The notes under the pieces: model-generated
Database searches by the model: none
Told to the model about the DNA's origin: nothing
What the model saw: the letters and a program-made list of their open reading frames with translations, nothing else
Assembly (NCBI GenBank): GCA_963829055.1
Contig: CAWHHI010000017.1
Location: forward strand, 96,001-160,000
Direction of reading: 5' to 3'
Length of the DNA stretch: 64,000 nucleotides
Origin: an uncultured Gemmatimonadaceae bacterium
Lineage (GTDB): Bacteria > Gemmatimonadota > Gemmatimonadetes > Gemmatimonadales > Gemmatimonadaceae
Shown here: positions 50,787 to 59,898 of the stretch, piece after piece
How the letters are laid out: the number at the start of each line of letters is the position of its first letter
How positions within the stretch are numbered: the stretch's first letter is position 1
Program-made: the position numbers and the translations under genes

Positions 50787-51665
50787 CTACCGCGCCATTC
50801 CGACCACCACGCAGCCGACCACAATGAGCGCCACGCCAACGCGCTTCGGCGTCGAGATGTGTTCGCGGAGCAGGATCGCCCCGAGGGCCACGCCCACCGC
50901 GATGCTCAGCTGCCGGAGCGCGATCACGTAGCTGGACGTCCCCGTCCGTAGCGCCACGAGGACCAGCAGGTACGACGTGATATTGAAGAACCCGACCTGC
51001 AGAATCGCGCCCCAATGCTGCCGCCACTGCGCGGCGACCTCCGCGCGCGGATACCGGCGCCAGATGAACGCGCCATAGGCCACGGCCGTGATCGCCGTGT
51101 ACGCGTAGATGTACGCGAACGCCGGCACGCGCTGCACGGCGCGCTTGTCCCAGATCGTGTAGCACGCCGCCGCGAACGCGGCGAGCAACGCGAACGACGT
51201 AGCCGGGCTCCGCAGTCGCTGCCCGAGTGACGCAAGCGAGCGCCACTCGAGCGTCGGTAGCTGGAGCGCGAGGATCCCGGCTACGATGAGGGCGAGCGCG
51301 GCGGCGCCCAGTGGACTCACGCGTTCGCCGACGGTCAGGTACGCGAGCGCCGGCAGAAACAGCAGGATGCTGCCGCGAGCGACCGGATACACGAACGACA
51401 GATCGCCGTGACTGTACGCCCAGGCGAGGCAGACGTAGTTCGTCAGCACGAACCCCGCGCCGACGACCGCGAGCCACAGGAGGCCGTGCTGCTGGGCAAG
51501 TGTCGGGACGACGAGGACCAGAAACAGCGGCGCGAACATCACGACCTCGCCGACCTTGCTGAGTCCCACGAACAACTGCGTACCGCCACTGCGCTTGAGC
51601 AGGAAGTTCCAGTAGGCGTGGGTCGCGGCCGAGAGGACGACGAGCAGGAGCGCGGTCAGCGTCAT
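50787..51665 (-). CDS. EamA/DMT family transporter
   Basis: About 10 TM; SAATHAYWNFLLK, AYSHGDLSFVYPVARG, YTIWDK, ALRQLSI, LLRE. Confidence 0.9.
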   Translation of the reverse strand: MTLTALLLVVLSAATHAYWNFLLKRSGGTQLFVGLSKVGEVVMFAPLFLVLVVPTLAQQHGLLWLAVVGAGFVLTNYVCLAWAYSHGDLSFVYPVARGSILLFLPALAYLTVGERVSPLGAAALALIVAGILALQLPTLEWRSLASLGQRLRSPATSFALLAAFAAACYTIWDKRAVQRVPAFAYIYAYTAITAVAYGAFIWRRYPRAEVAAQWRQHWGAILQVGFFNITSYLLVLVALRTGTSSYVIALRQLSIAVGVALGAILLREHISTPKRVGVALIVVGCVVVGMAR

Positions 51666-51793
51666 CCGTCCAACCTATCGGGGCTGCGCGCGCGCGGCCA
51701 ACGGTTCGCCGCCAGCCGCCGTTCTGTATGACGAACGGTTTGCCCCATCACCCGCCTGGACCAGGCGTACCACTCGTGAAGGACTCGCTCCAT

Positions 51794-53503
51794 ATGACCC
51801 GCAGACACGTCTTCGGCCCGCTCCTCGTCATCGTGCCCGCTGCCCTCGCGGCCCAGCAGCCGGCGACGCTTCCCCTCAAGCACACGGCCCAGCCGACCAC
51901 GGCCGCGATCTCGCCGGCGGATCTCATGACCCGCCTCTACATCTTCGCCGACGACTCCATGCAGGGTCGTGAGACCGGCACGGTCGGCCATCTGAAATCG
52001 ACGGCCTACATCGCGGGTGAGCTCAAGCGGCTCGGGATCCAGCCCGGCGGTGACGAGGGCAGCTACTTCCAGGATGTCCCGATGATCCGTCGCGCCTTCG
52101 ACCCGGCGTCGACGATCACGGTGGGCTCGACGACGCTCCGCGGCGGCACCGACTTCATCGCCCAGGCGCGCGGCGCGATCCCGTCGCTGAGCGGCGTAGG
52201 CGTCGTGTTCGGTGGGACCGCGGGCGACACGACGTCGCTGCCAAGCCACGACCAGATCGCCGGCAAGATCGTGATTCTCAAGGCGGCTCCGGGCGGCGCC
52301 GGCTTCGGCGGACGCGGTGGCGGCGGACGCGGCTTCGGCGCCCTCCGCGCGTTCAGCGATGCCGTGGCGATCGCGACGGTGACAGACGCGCTCACGCCGG
52401 CGGCGGTGAATGCGGCAACACATCCGCGCGAAGGCGATGTGATGATGAAGCCAGCGGGCACCAACGCTGCTGCACCCGGCGCGCAGCTCACGCTCACGAT
52501 CACGCGCTCCGCCGCCGAGGCCTTGTTAGGCACCACCGTCGATGCCGCGACGAAGGGGCAGGCGGGTAAGACGATTCAGGCGGACATCAAGTTCCGTGAC
52601 GATCCCGCGCCGGCGCGCAACGTCGTCGCGATCATCCGCGGCTCCGACCCCAAGCTGCGCGGCGAGTGGGTGGCGTTAGGCGCGCACAACGACCATGTGG
52701 GCATCGGCAATCAGGCTGTCGACCACGACTCGCTCCACACCTACAACGCGGCGCGCTTCGCGATTCGCGGCATGGTGTCGCGTGGCCAGCAGGCGACTCC
52801 GGAGCAGGACGCGGCGGTCGCAGCGATTCGCCTGAACCTCGACAGCATCCACGCGGCGCGCCCGGCGCGCCTGGACTCGATCCGCAACGGCGCCGACGAC
52901 GACGGCTCGGGCTCGGTGACGCTGCTCGAGCTGGCCGAAGCGTTCCAGAAGTCTGCGGTCAAGCCGAAGCGCTCGCTGGTGTTCGTCTGGCACGTCGGCG
53001 AGGAGAAGGGCTTGTTAGGCTCACGCTGGTACTCGGATCACCCGAGCGTTCCGCGCGATTCGATCGTGGCGCAGCTCAACATGGACATGATCGGCCGCGG
53101 CGATGCCCAGGACCTGCCGGTCGGGAGCCCGACGTACGTGCAGCTCGTCGGCTCGCGGCGTCTCTCCACGGAGCTCGGCGACATGGTCGAGGCGGTGAAC
53201 AAGACGGAGAAGATGCCGCTCACCTTCGACTACCAGTTCGACGCGAACGGTCACCCGGAGAACATCTACTGCCGCAGCGATCACTACAACTACGCGCGCT
53301 GGGGCATTCCGGTGGTGTTCTTCACGACGGGCCTGCACGGCGACTACCACCAGGTGACGGACGAGCCGCAGTACATCGACTATCCGCACATGGCGCGCAT
53401 CGGCCAGCTGGTGTACGACGTCGCGACGAAGGTCGCGAACCTCGATCACCGTATCGTGGTGGATAAGGAGAAGCCGGATCCGGCGGGGGTCTGCCGCCAG
53501 TAG
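51794..53503 (+). CDS. M28-family peptidase
   Basis: Signal peptide; FADDSMQGRETG, GAHNDHVG, NGADDDGSG, WHVGEEKGLLGS, NMDMIGR, RSDHYNY, DYHQVTDE. Confidence 0.92.
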   Translation: MTRRHVFGPLLVIVPAALAAQQPATLPLKHTAQPTTAAISPADLMTRLYIFADDSMQGRETGTVGHLKSTAYIAGELKRLGIQPGGDEGSYFQDVPMIRRAFDPASTITVGSTTLRGGTDFIAQARGAIPSLSGVGVVFGGTAGDTTSLPSHDQIAGKIVILKAAPGGAGFGGRGGGGRGFGALRAFSDAVAIATVTDALTPAAVNAATHPREGDVMMKPAGTNAAAPGAQLTLTITRSAAEALLGTTVDAATKGQAGKTIQADIKFRDDPAPARNVVAIIRGSDPKLRGEWVALGAHNDHVGIGNQAVDHDSLHTYNAARFAIRGMVSRGQQATPEQDAAVAAIRLNLDSIHAARPARLDSIRNGADDDGSGSVTLLELAEAFQKSAVKPKRSLVFVWHVGEEKGLLGSRWYSDHPSVPRDSIVAQLNMDMIGRGDAQDLPVGSPTYVQLVGSRRLSTELGDMVEAVNKTEKMPLTFDYQFDANGHPENIYCRSDHYNYARWGIPVVFFTTGLHGDYHQVTDEPQYIDYPHMARIGQLVYDVATKVANLDHRIVVDKEKPDPAGVCRQ

Positions 53504-53566
53504 CGAGGCCTTAGGAAGCCGGAGGAAGGAGGTGGCTGGGGACTGGGGACTGGGTAGTTCAGGCGC

Positions 53567-53660
53567 GCAGCGAGCAGCGCGTGGTGTACAAGCGCGCGAA
53601 TAGCAGCAGCGGGCAACGTGCGGCCGCGGCATGCAGCCGTCGGCACAGGCAGCGTGCAGC
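53567..53660 (+). repeat. Family C core repeat, preceded by 7/14-bp periodic sequence (53505-53554)
   Basis: GCAGCGAGCAGCGCGTGG...AATAGCAGCAGCGGGCAACGTGCGGCCGCGGCATGCAGCCGTCGGCA...CAGCGTGCAGC. Confidence 0.85.
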
Positions 53661-53667
53661 GCGATTC

Positions 53668-55080
53668 TCAGTCCCCAGTAGCTACCGATACGGCACGCGC
53701 CCGGCGTGCCGCCAGCGTGTAGATCCCAGCGCCTAACAAGTTCGTGCCAACCACGATCCCCCCGACCTTCATCGCGAACAGCTGCCAGCTCGGCACATCG
53801 ATGATCGGGAAGATCGACAGGATCGAATAGAGCACCGTGACGGCGAGGCCCGAGGCTGATGCGAGCTTGAGCCACAGCGGCGGCGTCCAGCCGATGCGTC
53901 CCGCGCCAAACAGCGGGATCGAGAACAGCGCGATGTACGCCATCGCGTACATGATGCCGCCCGCGTTCTCGAGCAGCTGAAACGCTTCCTGCGTCCCCGT
54001 CCCGACGAGGCTCCCCAGCGAGAGCACGAGTGTCACCGCGCCGACGAAGAGAATCGAGTTCACTGGCGTGCGCGACTTCGGATGCAGCCGCGTGAACCAC
54101 TTCGGCAGGAGCCCATCCCATCCCGCGACCATCGGCAGCCGCGTGTTCCCGGCGAACATCATGTTCAGCGCGCCGAGCAGGCGCGTCAGGAGCAACAGGA
54201 TCAGTACCGGCGCGATGTAGCTGGCCACGCCGAGTCCGCGGACGCCGGCCCGGAGCGTCTGCGGGATGGGACTCACGAGATCGATCTGGTCACGCGGCAC
54301 GAACGCCAGCACCGTGGCCGTCCCCATGATGAACATGAGCGCGATGAGCGGCGTCGCGATCACCACCGATTGCGGGATCGTGCGCTCGGGGCGCTTGGCC
54401 TCGCCGGCCATGAGCGCCACGAACTCGAACCCGGACATGGCGCCTAACGCCATCTTGCCGAAGATGTTGAGGCTGAGCAGGGACAGCGCGGGCAGCTCGG
54501 TCTCGAAGGGACGGTAGCGCGGCAGCGTCCCACGACTGAGCGCCAGGATCGGCAGGCCAATGAGCGCGATGTAGGTGAGGATCTGCGCCACGCCGCCGAA
54601 GTTGCTGAACCACTTGCCGAGGCCGAGTCCCTTGATCGCAACGAGGACGAGCAGCACCGCCAGCACGACGCTCACGGTGGGCATGTACCACCCGGCGCTC
54701 GCAATGGAGCTCGGCCCGCCTCCTGTCCCACCAATCAGGTACGCGATGTTCTGCCCGGCCATCACGTAGAACGACGCGAGGATCACGATCGCGAACACCC
54801 ACAGGTTCCACGCGACCAGAAAGCCGACGAACTCGCCGAAGCTGGCCTTGGCCCACTGATAGAGTCCGCCCTCGAGCGGCATGCGGCGATTGAGGTAGAT
54901 CACCACCGCGGCCTGCGGCAGGTAGTAGGTCACGATCGCCAGCATCCAGAACACGAGCTGGGACGGTCCGAGCTTCGCCGCGGTTCCGACCCAGCCGGAC
55001 CCGACGACGAAGACCACCTGCATGAGAACGAGATCGGCGAGCCCGAGCTCGCGGCGGAGTTCCGTGGTCGGAGAATTCAT
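53668..55080 (-). CDS. APC-family amino acid permease
   Basis: LRRELGLADLV, PLEGGLYQW, GFEF...AGEAKRPERTIP, WFTRLHPKSRTP; about 12 TM. Confidence 0.92.
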   Translation of the reverse strand: MNSPTTELRRELGLADLVLMQVVFVVGSGWVGTAAKLGPSQLVFWMLAIVTYYLPQAAVVIYLNRRMPLEGGLYQWAKASFGEFVGFLVAWNLWVFAIVILASFYVMAGQNIAYLIGGTGGGPSSIASAGWYMPTVSVVLAVLLVLVAIKGLGLGKWFSNFGGVAQILTYIALIGLPILALSRGTLPRYRPFETELPALSLLSLNIFGKMALGAMSGFEFVALMAGEAKRPERTIPQSVVIATPLIALMFIMGTATVLAFVPRDQIDLVSPIPQTLRAGVRGLGVASYIAPVLILLLLTRLLGALNMMFAGNTRLPMVAGWDGLLPKWFTRLHPKSRTPVNSILFVGAVTLVLSLGSLVGTGTQEAFQLLENAGGIMYAMAYIALFSIPLFGAGRIGWTPPLWLKLASASGLAVTVLYSILSIFPIIDVPSWQLFAMKVGGIVVGTNLLGAGIYTLAARRARAVSVATGD

Positions 55081-55252
55081 CGGCGACGAACCTACGAGCC
55101 GGATGGCGGCGGGCGGAAGGCGGACGGCGGGAAACTGTGCGACTGTAGGACGAAGACCGAGAACTGACAACCCCGGGAAACCATTCTCGCGTGAGAGGGC
55201 TTTCCGGGGTCATGCAGTTCCGCCTTCCGGCGGCCGCCCTCCGCGTTCCGAG

Positions 55253-55897
55253 CTACATGACCACCTGCTGCGTCGTCTGCAGCGTCATCTTCGAGCCGGC
55301 CGGGAGAACCGCATCCACCTCTCCGCCGCCGAGCGAGATCACCGTGCCCGCCGCCGCGCCGATCGCCGCGCCGCCGATGATCTTCGATACGTCACCGCCG
55401 CCGAGGACGGCACCGAGCACCGCGCCAGCCGCCGCGCCGATGCCCGCTTTCTTCAGCGTCTCATTGCGCGTGTCATTGCCGCTCGTCTCGAGGTTCGTCG
55501 CCGTGATGTTTGCCTCGAACGGACGCTCCACGCCATTCACGTTGATGCGCTCGAAGTCGAGACGGATCGCCGCCTTCTGCGTCGCGTTGTCCGAGTCCTG
55601 AAGGCCGGTCACCTTGCCGTAAACCTTGGAGCCCGCGGGCACCACGGTCTGTCCGTTCGACGCCACGATCGCATCGACGACCGTCGCGCTGAACGTGTCG
55701 CCGACCTTGCTGTTCTTCGTGCCGACCTGCTGGTCGAGCGTTACGGTGACGGTCGATCCAGTCGGCAGCGTGCTGGCGTTGACGGGCGTCGACGGCAAGG
55801 CAACGTCTCCGCCCGAAGAAACAGTGGATGGGCGCGTGCACGCACCCACCGTCGCGAGCGTCGCGAGCGCGAAGAGTGCCGGAATCGTCTTTCTCAT
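55253..55897 (-). CDS. Lipoprotein with glycine-zipper segment
   Basis: GGAGG RBS; lipobox VGAC; LPTGSTVTVTL, GDTFSATV, VPAGSKVYGKV, GAAAGAVLGAVLGG. Confidence 0.8.
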   Translation of the reverse strand: MRKTIPALFALATLATVGACTRPSTVSSGGDVALPSTPVNASTLPTGSTVTVTLDQQVGTKNSKVGDTFSATVVDAIVASNGQTVVPAGSKVYGKVTGLQDSDNATQKAAIRLDFERINVNGVERPFEANITATNLETSGNDTRNETLKKAGIGAAAGAVLGAVLGGGDVSKIIGGAAIGAAAGTVISLGGGEVDAVLPAGSKMTLQTTQQVVM

Positions 55898-56019
55898 AGA
55901 GCCTCCAATGGTCGATTGCTCGTTGCAGCCACTAGTAAAGCAAAGGGCACGCCGCCGCGGCGTGCCCTGACTCGATGCTTCAAGCTGCCTAACTATGTGT
56001 TTGCCTAACGCTCAGATGC

Positions 56020-57049
56020 TCAGGCCGCTATCGGTTTCACCGGGTCCATTTTCCAGAACGAGATGCCACTCGCCTGCTGCCCGACATCGACGGTCGCCAC
56101 CTTCGCGAATGCCGTCAGGTCGAACACCTCCACCTTCCCCGGCTGCGCGCCCTTCCCTTCCACGCTCACGAATGCATAACGAGAGTCCGAGCTCACCGTG
56201 ACGCCATGCGCGAGCGTGATGCTCGTCTTCTCCTGCATCATCGACTTGCCCGTCGCGAGATCGAACACCTGCACACCACTCCCCGCCTTCAGCGTCGCGA
56301 TGAGCAGCTTCCCATCCGGCGTCACCGCGAGATTGTACGGCGCGCGTCCGGTCGCGAATCGTCGCGTCACGGCCCATGTGGCGCCATCGATTTCCAGGAT
56401 CTCGTCGCTCTTGTTGCACGCGACGTAGACCTTCGTGCCCGTGGCTGATGGCTGCGCCCACGTCGGTGAACACGTGGCCGGCGCCATCGTGCTTGCCGGC
56501 GACCCCCGTCGAATCCGCGGGCAGCATCTCCTTCATCATCGCCTCGTACTCACCGGCCGGGATCGCGTGCTCACCGCCCTTCGCCACACCGAAGCGCCGC
56601 GACACCTTGAACGTCCGCGTGTCCACTTCGACGAGCTGATCATCCATCATGCACGTCGAGTACTGGCGCGTTCCGTCCGCGCTCACGCGACTGCCGTGCG
56701 GCATCGTACACGTCGTGGGCCGAGCGACTTCGGTGTTCGTCGGCGTGTAGATCACCGACACGCTCGACGGCACCATCTCGCCGTGCAGGTTGAAATTCAC
56801 GGCGAACGCGTACAAGCCATCGGGCGTCACGTCGATCGACGCCGGAAAGTTGCCGAGGAAGATCGGCGCTCCCACGAGCGTGTCGGGGCCGAGCTCGTAC
56901 TTCCAGTACTTGCCGTCGGGCGAGCCGTGGCCCGTCGTCATGTGCAGATATTTGCCGTCGCGCGAGATCTGTAACCCGTGTGGCCCTTCGGCCTCGGTGG
57001 CCATCTCACCCGCGCCGATCGTTCGCTCCACGACCGCACACCCACTCAC
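56020..57049 (-). CDS. YncE/YVTN-type beta-propeller protein; frameshift near 56490; N-terminus unclear
   Basis: GPHGLQISRDG, FPASIDVTPDG, MPHGSRVSADG, PTWAQPS, APYNLAVTPDG, AHGVTVSSDS, VDVGQQASGI. Confidence 0.78.
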
Positions 57050-57112
57050 GTATCGTCGCGCGCGCGCGCGCCGGCGTCACGACGGCCAGGCCTTTCCGCA
57101 GACACCTGCTGC

Positions 57113-57202
57113 GCTGCACGCTGGGCACCTCTGCCGACGGCTGCATGCTGCGGCCGCACGCTGCCCGCTGCTGCTATTATCGCCCAGCAACCCACGCGCT
57201 GC
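57113..57202 (-). repeat. Family C core repeat (reverse orientation)
   Basis: TGCCGACGGCTGCATGCTGCGGCCGCACGCTGCCCGCTGCTGCTATT is the exact reverse complement of the core at 38362-38408. Confidence 0.88.
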
Positions 57203-57283
57203 ACACCGCGCGCAATGGAGGGCGACGGAGGGGTGGCATCGCCGATTGACCATCCAACCGGCGATGCCGTAACGGCCGCTCGC

Positions 57284-57727
57284 TTACGGTTTCGGCTGCG
57301 GCCTGATCGTATCCGCCGTCGCCTTCTTGACGTTGTGCTTCGTGGTGGTGACGGCCTTCTTCGTGCCCGTTTTCGTCGCCTCCGCCGCGTGAGACGCGTT
57401 GGTCTTGGTCGCGTCGGCGGCATGGCTGGCGTTCGTCTTGGTCGCGTCAGACGCGTGGCTCGCGTTCGTTTTCGTGGCCGACGCCGCGTTCTTGGCGTTG
57501 GTCTTGGTCGCGTCACTGGCGTGGCTGGCGTTCGTCTTTGTCGCCTTGCCGAGCGTCTTGACGTTGTGCGACGTGGTCTTCGCGGCTTTGTCGATTGACG
57601 TTCCGGTCTGGCGACCGATCTTGGCCGCCGTGCTCTCCTTCTTCTTCGTCGTATCCTGCTGTGCCTGGCTGACCGCCGGAACAGCAGCGACAGCCAAGGC
57701 GAGTGCGAATAGTCGAATGCGGTTCAT
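57284..57727 (-). CDS. Secreted Lys/Ala/Thr-rich protein with 11-aa tandem repeats
   Basis: Signal peptide MNRIRLFALALAVAAVPAVSQA; about 5-7 repeats of ATKTNASHA(S/A)(D/E); GGAG RBS. Confidence 0.8.
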   Translation of the reverse strand: MNRIRLFALALAVAAVPAVSQAQQDTTKKKESTAAKIGRQTGTSIDKAAKTTSHNVKTLGKATKTNASHASDATKTNAKNAASATKTNASHASDATKTNASHAADATKTNASHAAEATKTGTKKAVTTTKHNVKKATADTIRPQPKP

Positions 57728-57873
57728 TGCTCCATCCTCTGTAGGTGGTCGGACTGTCCTTGCCAACATTGCAAATCGCGGACGCACCTAGCCGGCTCCC
57801 CACAAAACACCGAAGGTTGACTGCCGAGCTGGGCTGTCCGGCCCTCAGGATCCCGCTACCCTGCGTCTCATCC

Positions 57874-59133
57874 GTGTCTCATCGATCGTTCTCGCTGTTC
57901 CTGTTCCACGCCGCCGGCGGTGCGCGTGTCGCGTCGCGTAACGCGATCGCCACGATCGGGCTCATCATCATCGTCCTCGGGTCAGCCCCCGACCCGTTCG
58001 TCTGGCTCCGCTTCCTCGCGCTCGGCGTCGCCGGAAAAGGAGTACCGAGTGGACCGCTCATCGGGCTCGTCGCGATCGCGTTCGGGCTCGCGCGGGATGC
58101 CGTCCCGCGCCTAACGCTTGGCCTGGGTGGCTGGACACGATCGTTGCCGGTGAACGGCGAGCAGCATCGCCGTGGGGTAATGTACGCCATGCCGGTCGTG
58201 CAAATTCCACTTGGGGTGTCTGTGCTCCTTGCCGCTGTCCTCACCGCGGCAGCCTATCACGTGCCGCTGTCGTGGCCGAAGCTGCTCGGCGCGCCGCTCG
58301 CGCTCGTGGCAGCCGGTGCAGCGGCGGTACCGGCGCGTCGATGGATCGTGAGCACGCCATGCTTCGCCGCGTCAGGCGTGCTCGCGGCGCTCGGGCGCTG
58401 GCCTGCGTTGGCCGCCTCGATCGCACTGTTCGTCATCGGAGACCTCGTCGCTGGCGCTCTGCGATTCGCGCGCCCGCGTGCCGCCGTTGCGGCGCCCGCG
58501 ACGCCGGGAACGCTGCGCATGTTTCGCTTCACCTGGCGCGCGGTTGGCTGGCGCCTGCTGGCGCCCTTTCCCGCGGCCGCGCTGGCGCTTGCCGCGGCGT
58601 GGTTCTACACGCGCAACAACGCGCTCTCGCCGTCGGACGTGGGATTCGTCGCCCGATTGTGGACCATCATCGCCATCGCGCTCTACATCGGCGTGGTCGG
58701 CGACACCATTGTGTCTCGCCGGCCTGACTGGCCGTGGATCCGATCGCTGCCGTGGTCGAGCGCGCAACGCGCGGTAGATGATGCGATCGCGCTTGGCGCG
58801 CCGGCGCTCGTGATCGCGATCGCGTCGGCCATCGTCGATGTGCGCACGGTCGCGATCGGCGTTGCCACCGTCCCACCGCTCGCGGCGCTCGGCGCCGTGT
58901 TACTCCACGGCGCTCGCGGTCGCCTAACGCGCGTGAGCGGCGCAATGATCGTTGTCGGCGCCGCACTCGGCACCGCGGTCGCGTTCGTCCCGTTGTTGGC
59001 CGCGGGCGCGCTCGCCTGCACGCCGCTGCTGCTCCGCTGGGCGGCGCGGCGAGATCGACGCGAGATCGTGACCGGCTGGAAGGAGTTGCATCACGACGCG
59101 TCCGGCGACTCGCTCGCCTGGAGCTCACGCTGA
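57874..59133 (+). CDS. Polytopic membrane protein, probable ABC exporter permease partner
   Basis: Many hydrophobic segments with an internal duplication (WTRSLPV / WIRSLPW); directly upstream of an ABC ATPase. Start uncertain. Confidence 0.7.
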   Translation: MSHRSFSLFLFHAAGGARVASRNAIATIGLIIIVLGSAPDPFVWLRFLALGVAGKGVPSGPLIGLVAIAFGLARDAVPRLTLGLGGWTRSLPVNGEQHRRGVMYAMPVVQIPLGVSVLLAAVLTAAAYHVPLSWPKLLGAPLALVAAGAAAVPARRWIVSTPCFAASGVLAALGRWPALAASIALFVIGDLVAGALRFARPRAAVAAPATPGTLRMFRFTWRAVGWRLLAPFPAAALALAAAWFYTRNNALSPSDVGFVARLWTIIAIALYIGVVGDTIVSRRPDWPWIRSLPWSSAQRAVDDAIALGAPALVIAIASAIVDVRTVAIGVATVPPLAALGAVLLHGARGRLTRVSGAMIVVGAALGTAVAFVPLLAAGALACTPLLLRWAARRDRREIVTGWKELHHDASGDSLAWSSR

Positions 59134-59164
59134 TGCGCACACGCTTTCCTCTGTCGAGGGCGCG

Positions 59165-59890
59165 ATGATCCAGCTGCGGGCTGTGCGATTCAGCTACGGC
59201 AAGACGGTGGCCCTCACGTGCGATGCGCTGGACATCGGCACCGGCGTCACACTGCTCCTCGGCCCGAACGGCGCGGGCAAGAGCACGCTCCTCAAGCTCG
59301 TTGCCGGCGTCGAGCACCCCACGGAAGGCACCGTTGCCATCGACAGTCACGATCTCTGGCGCGATGAAGTAGCGGCACGTTCCGGTCTCGCGTACGTACC
59401 GGAGCATCCGGACCTCACCCCCTACGCCACGGTCGCCGAGGTGCTCGGCCTCGTGTGTCGCCTGCGCGGGCGGCCAGTGGCTGACGGCGACGACGCACTG
59501 ACCACGGTGGGCCTCGATGGTCTTGGGCACCGCTCTGTGCGCGAGCTGTCCATGGGACAACGTCGGCGTGCCGTCCTGGCTGCTGCGTTCATCGGAACGC
59601 CGACCACACTGCTGCTGGACGAACCACTCGAGGCAATGGACCGCGCGATGCGCTCCTGGCTTCTCACGTGGATCGGTGACGCGAACGCTCGCGGCGCCAC
59701 GATCGTCGTCGCGACGCACGACATCGAGCCATTCGTCGATGTCGCGGCCCGCGCCGTGGTCGTCGCTGATGGCACTCCGGTTCTCCACGACCAACTTCCG
59801 ACCGACCGCGCCGTGCGCGCGCGATACCTGGACCAGTGGGCACGTGGGTCCGATCAGGCGACCTCGCCGAGCGATAGCGCGCCGCGCTAG
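59165..59890 (+). CDS. ABC transporter ATP-binding protein
   Basis: GPNGAGKST Walker A, LSMGQ signature, LLLDEP Walker B, ATHD. Confidence 0.92.
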   Translation: MIQLRAVRFSYGKTVALTCDALDIGTGVTLLLGPNGAGKSTLLKLVAGVEHPTEGTVAIDSHDLWRDEVAARSGLAYVPEHPDLTPYATVAEVLGLVCRLRGRPVADGDDALTTVGLDGLGHRSVRELSMGQRRRAVLAAAFIGTPTTLLLDEPLEAMDRAMRSWLLTWIGDANARGATIVVATHDIEPFVDVAARAVVVADGTPVLHDQLPTDRAVRARYLDQWARGSDQATSPSDSAPR

Positions 59891-59898
59891 GTTAGGAC

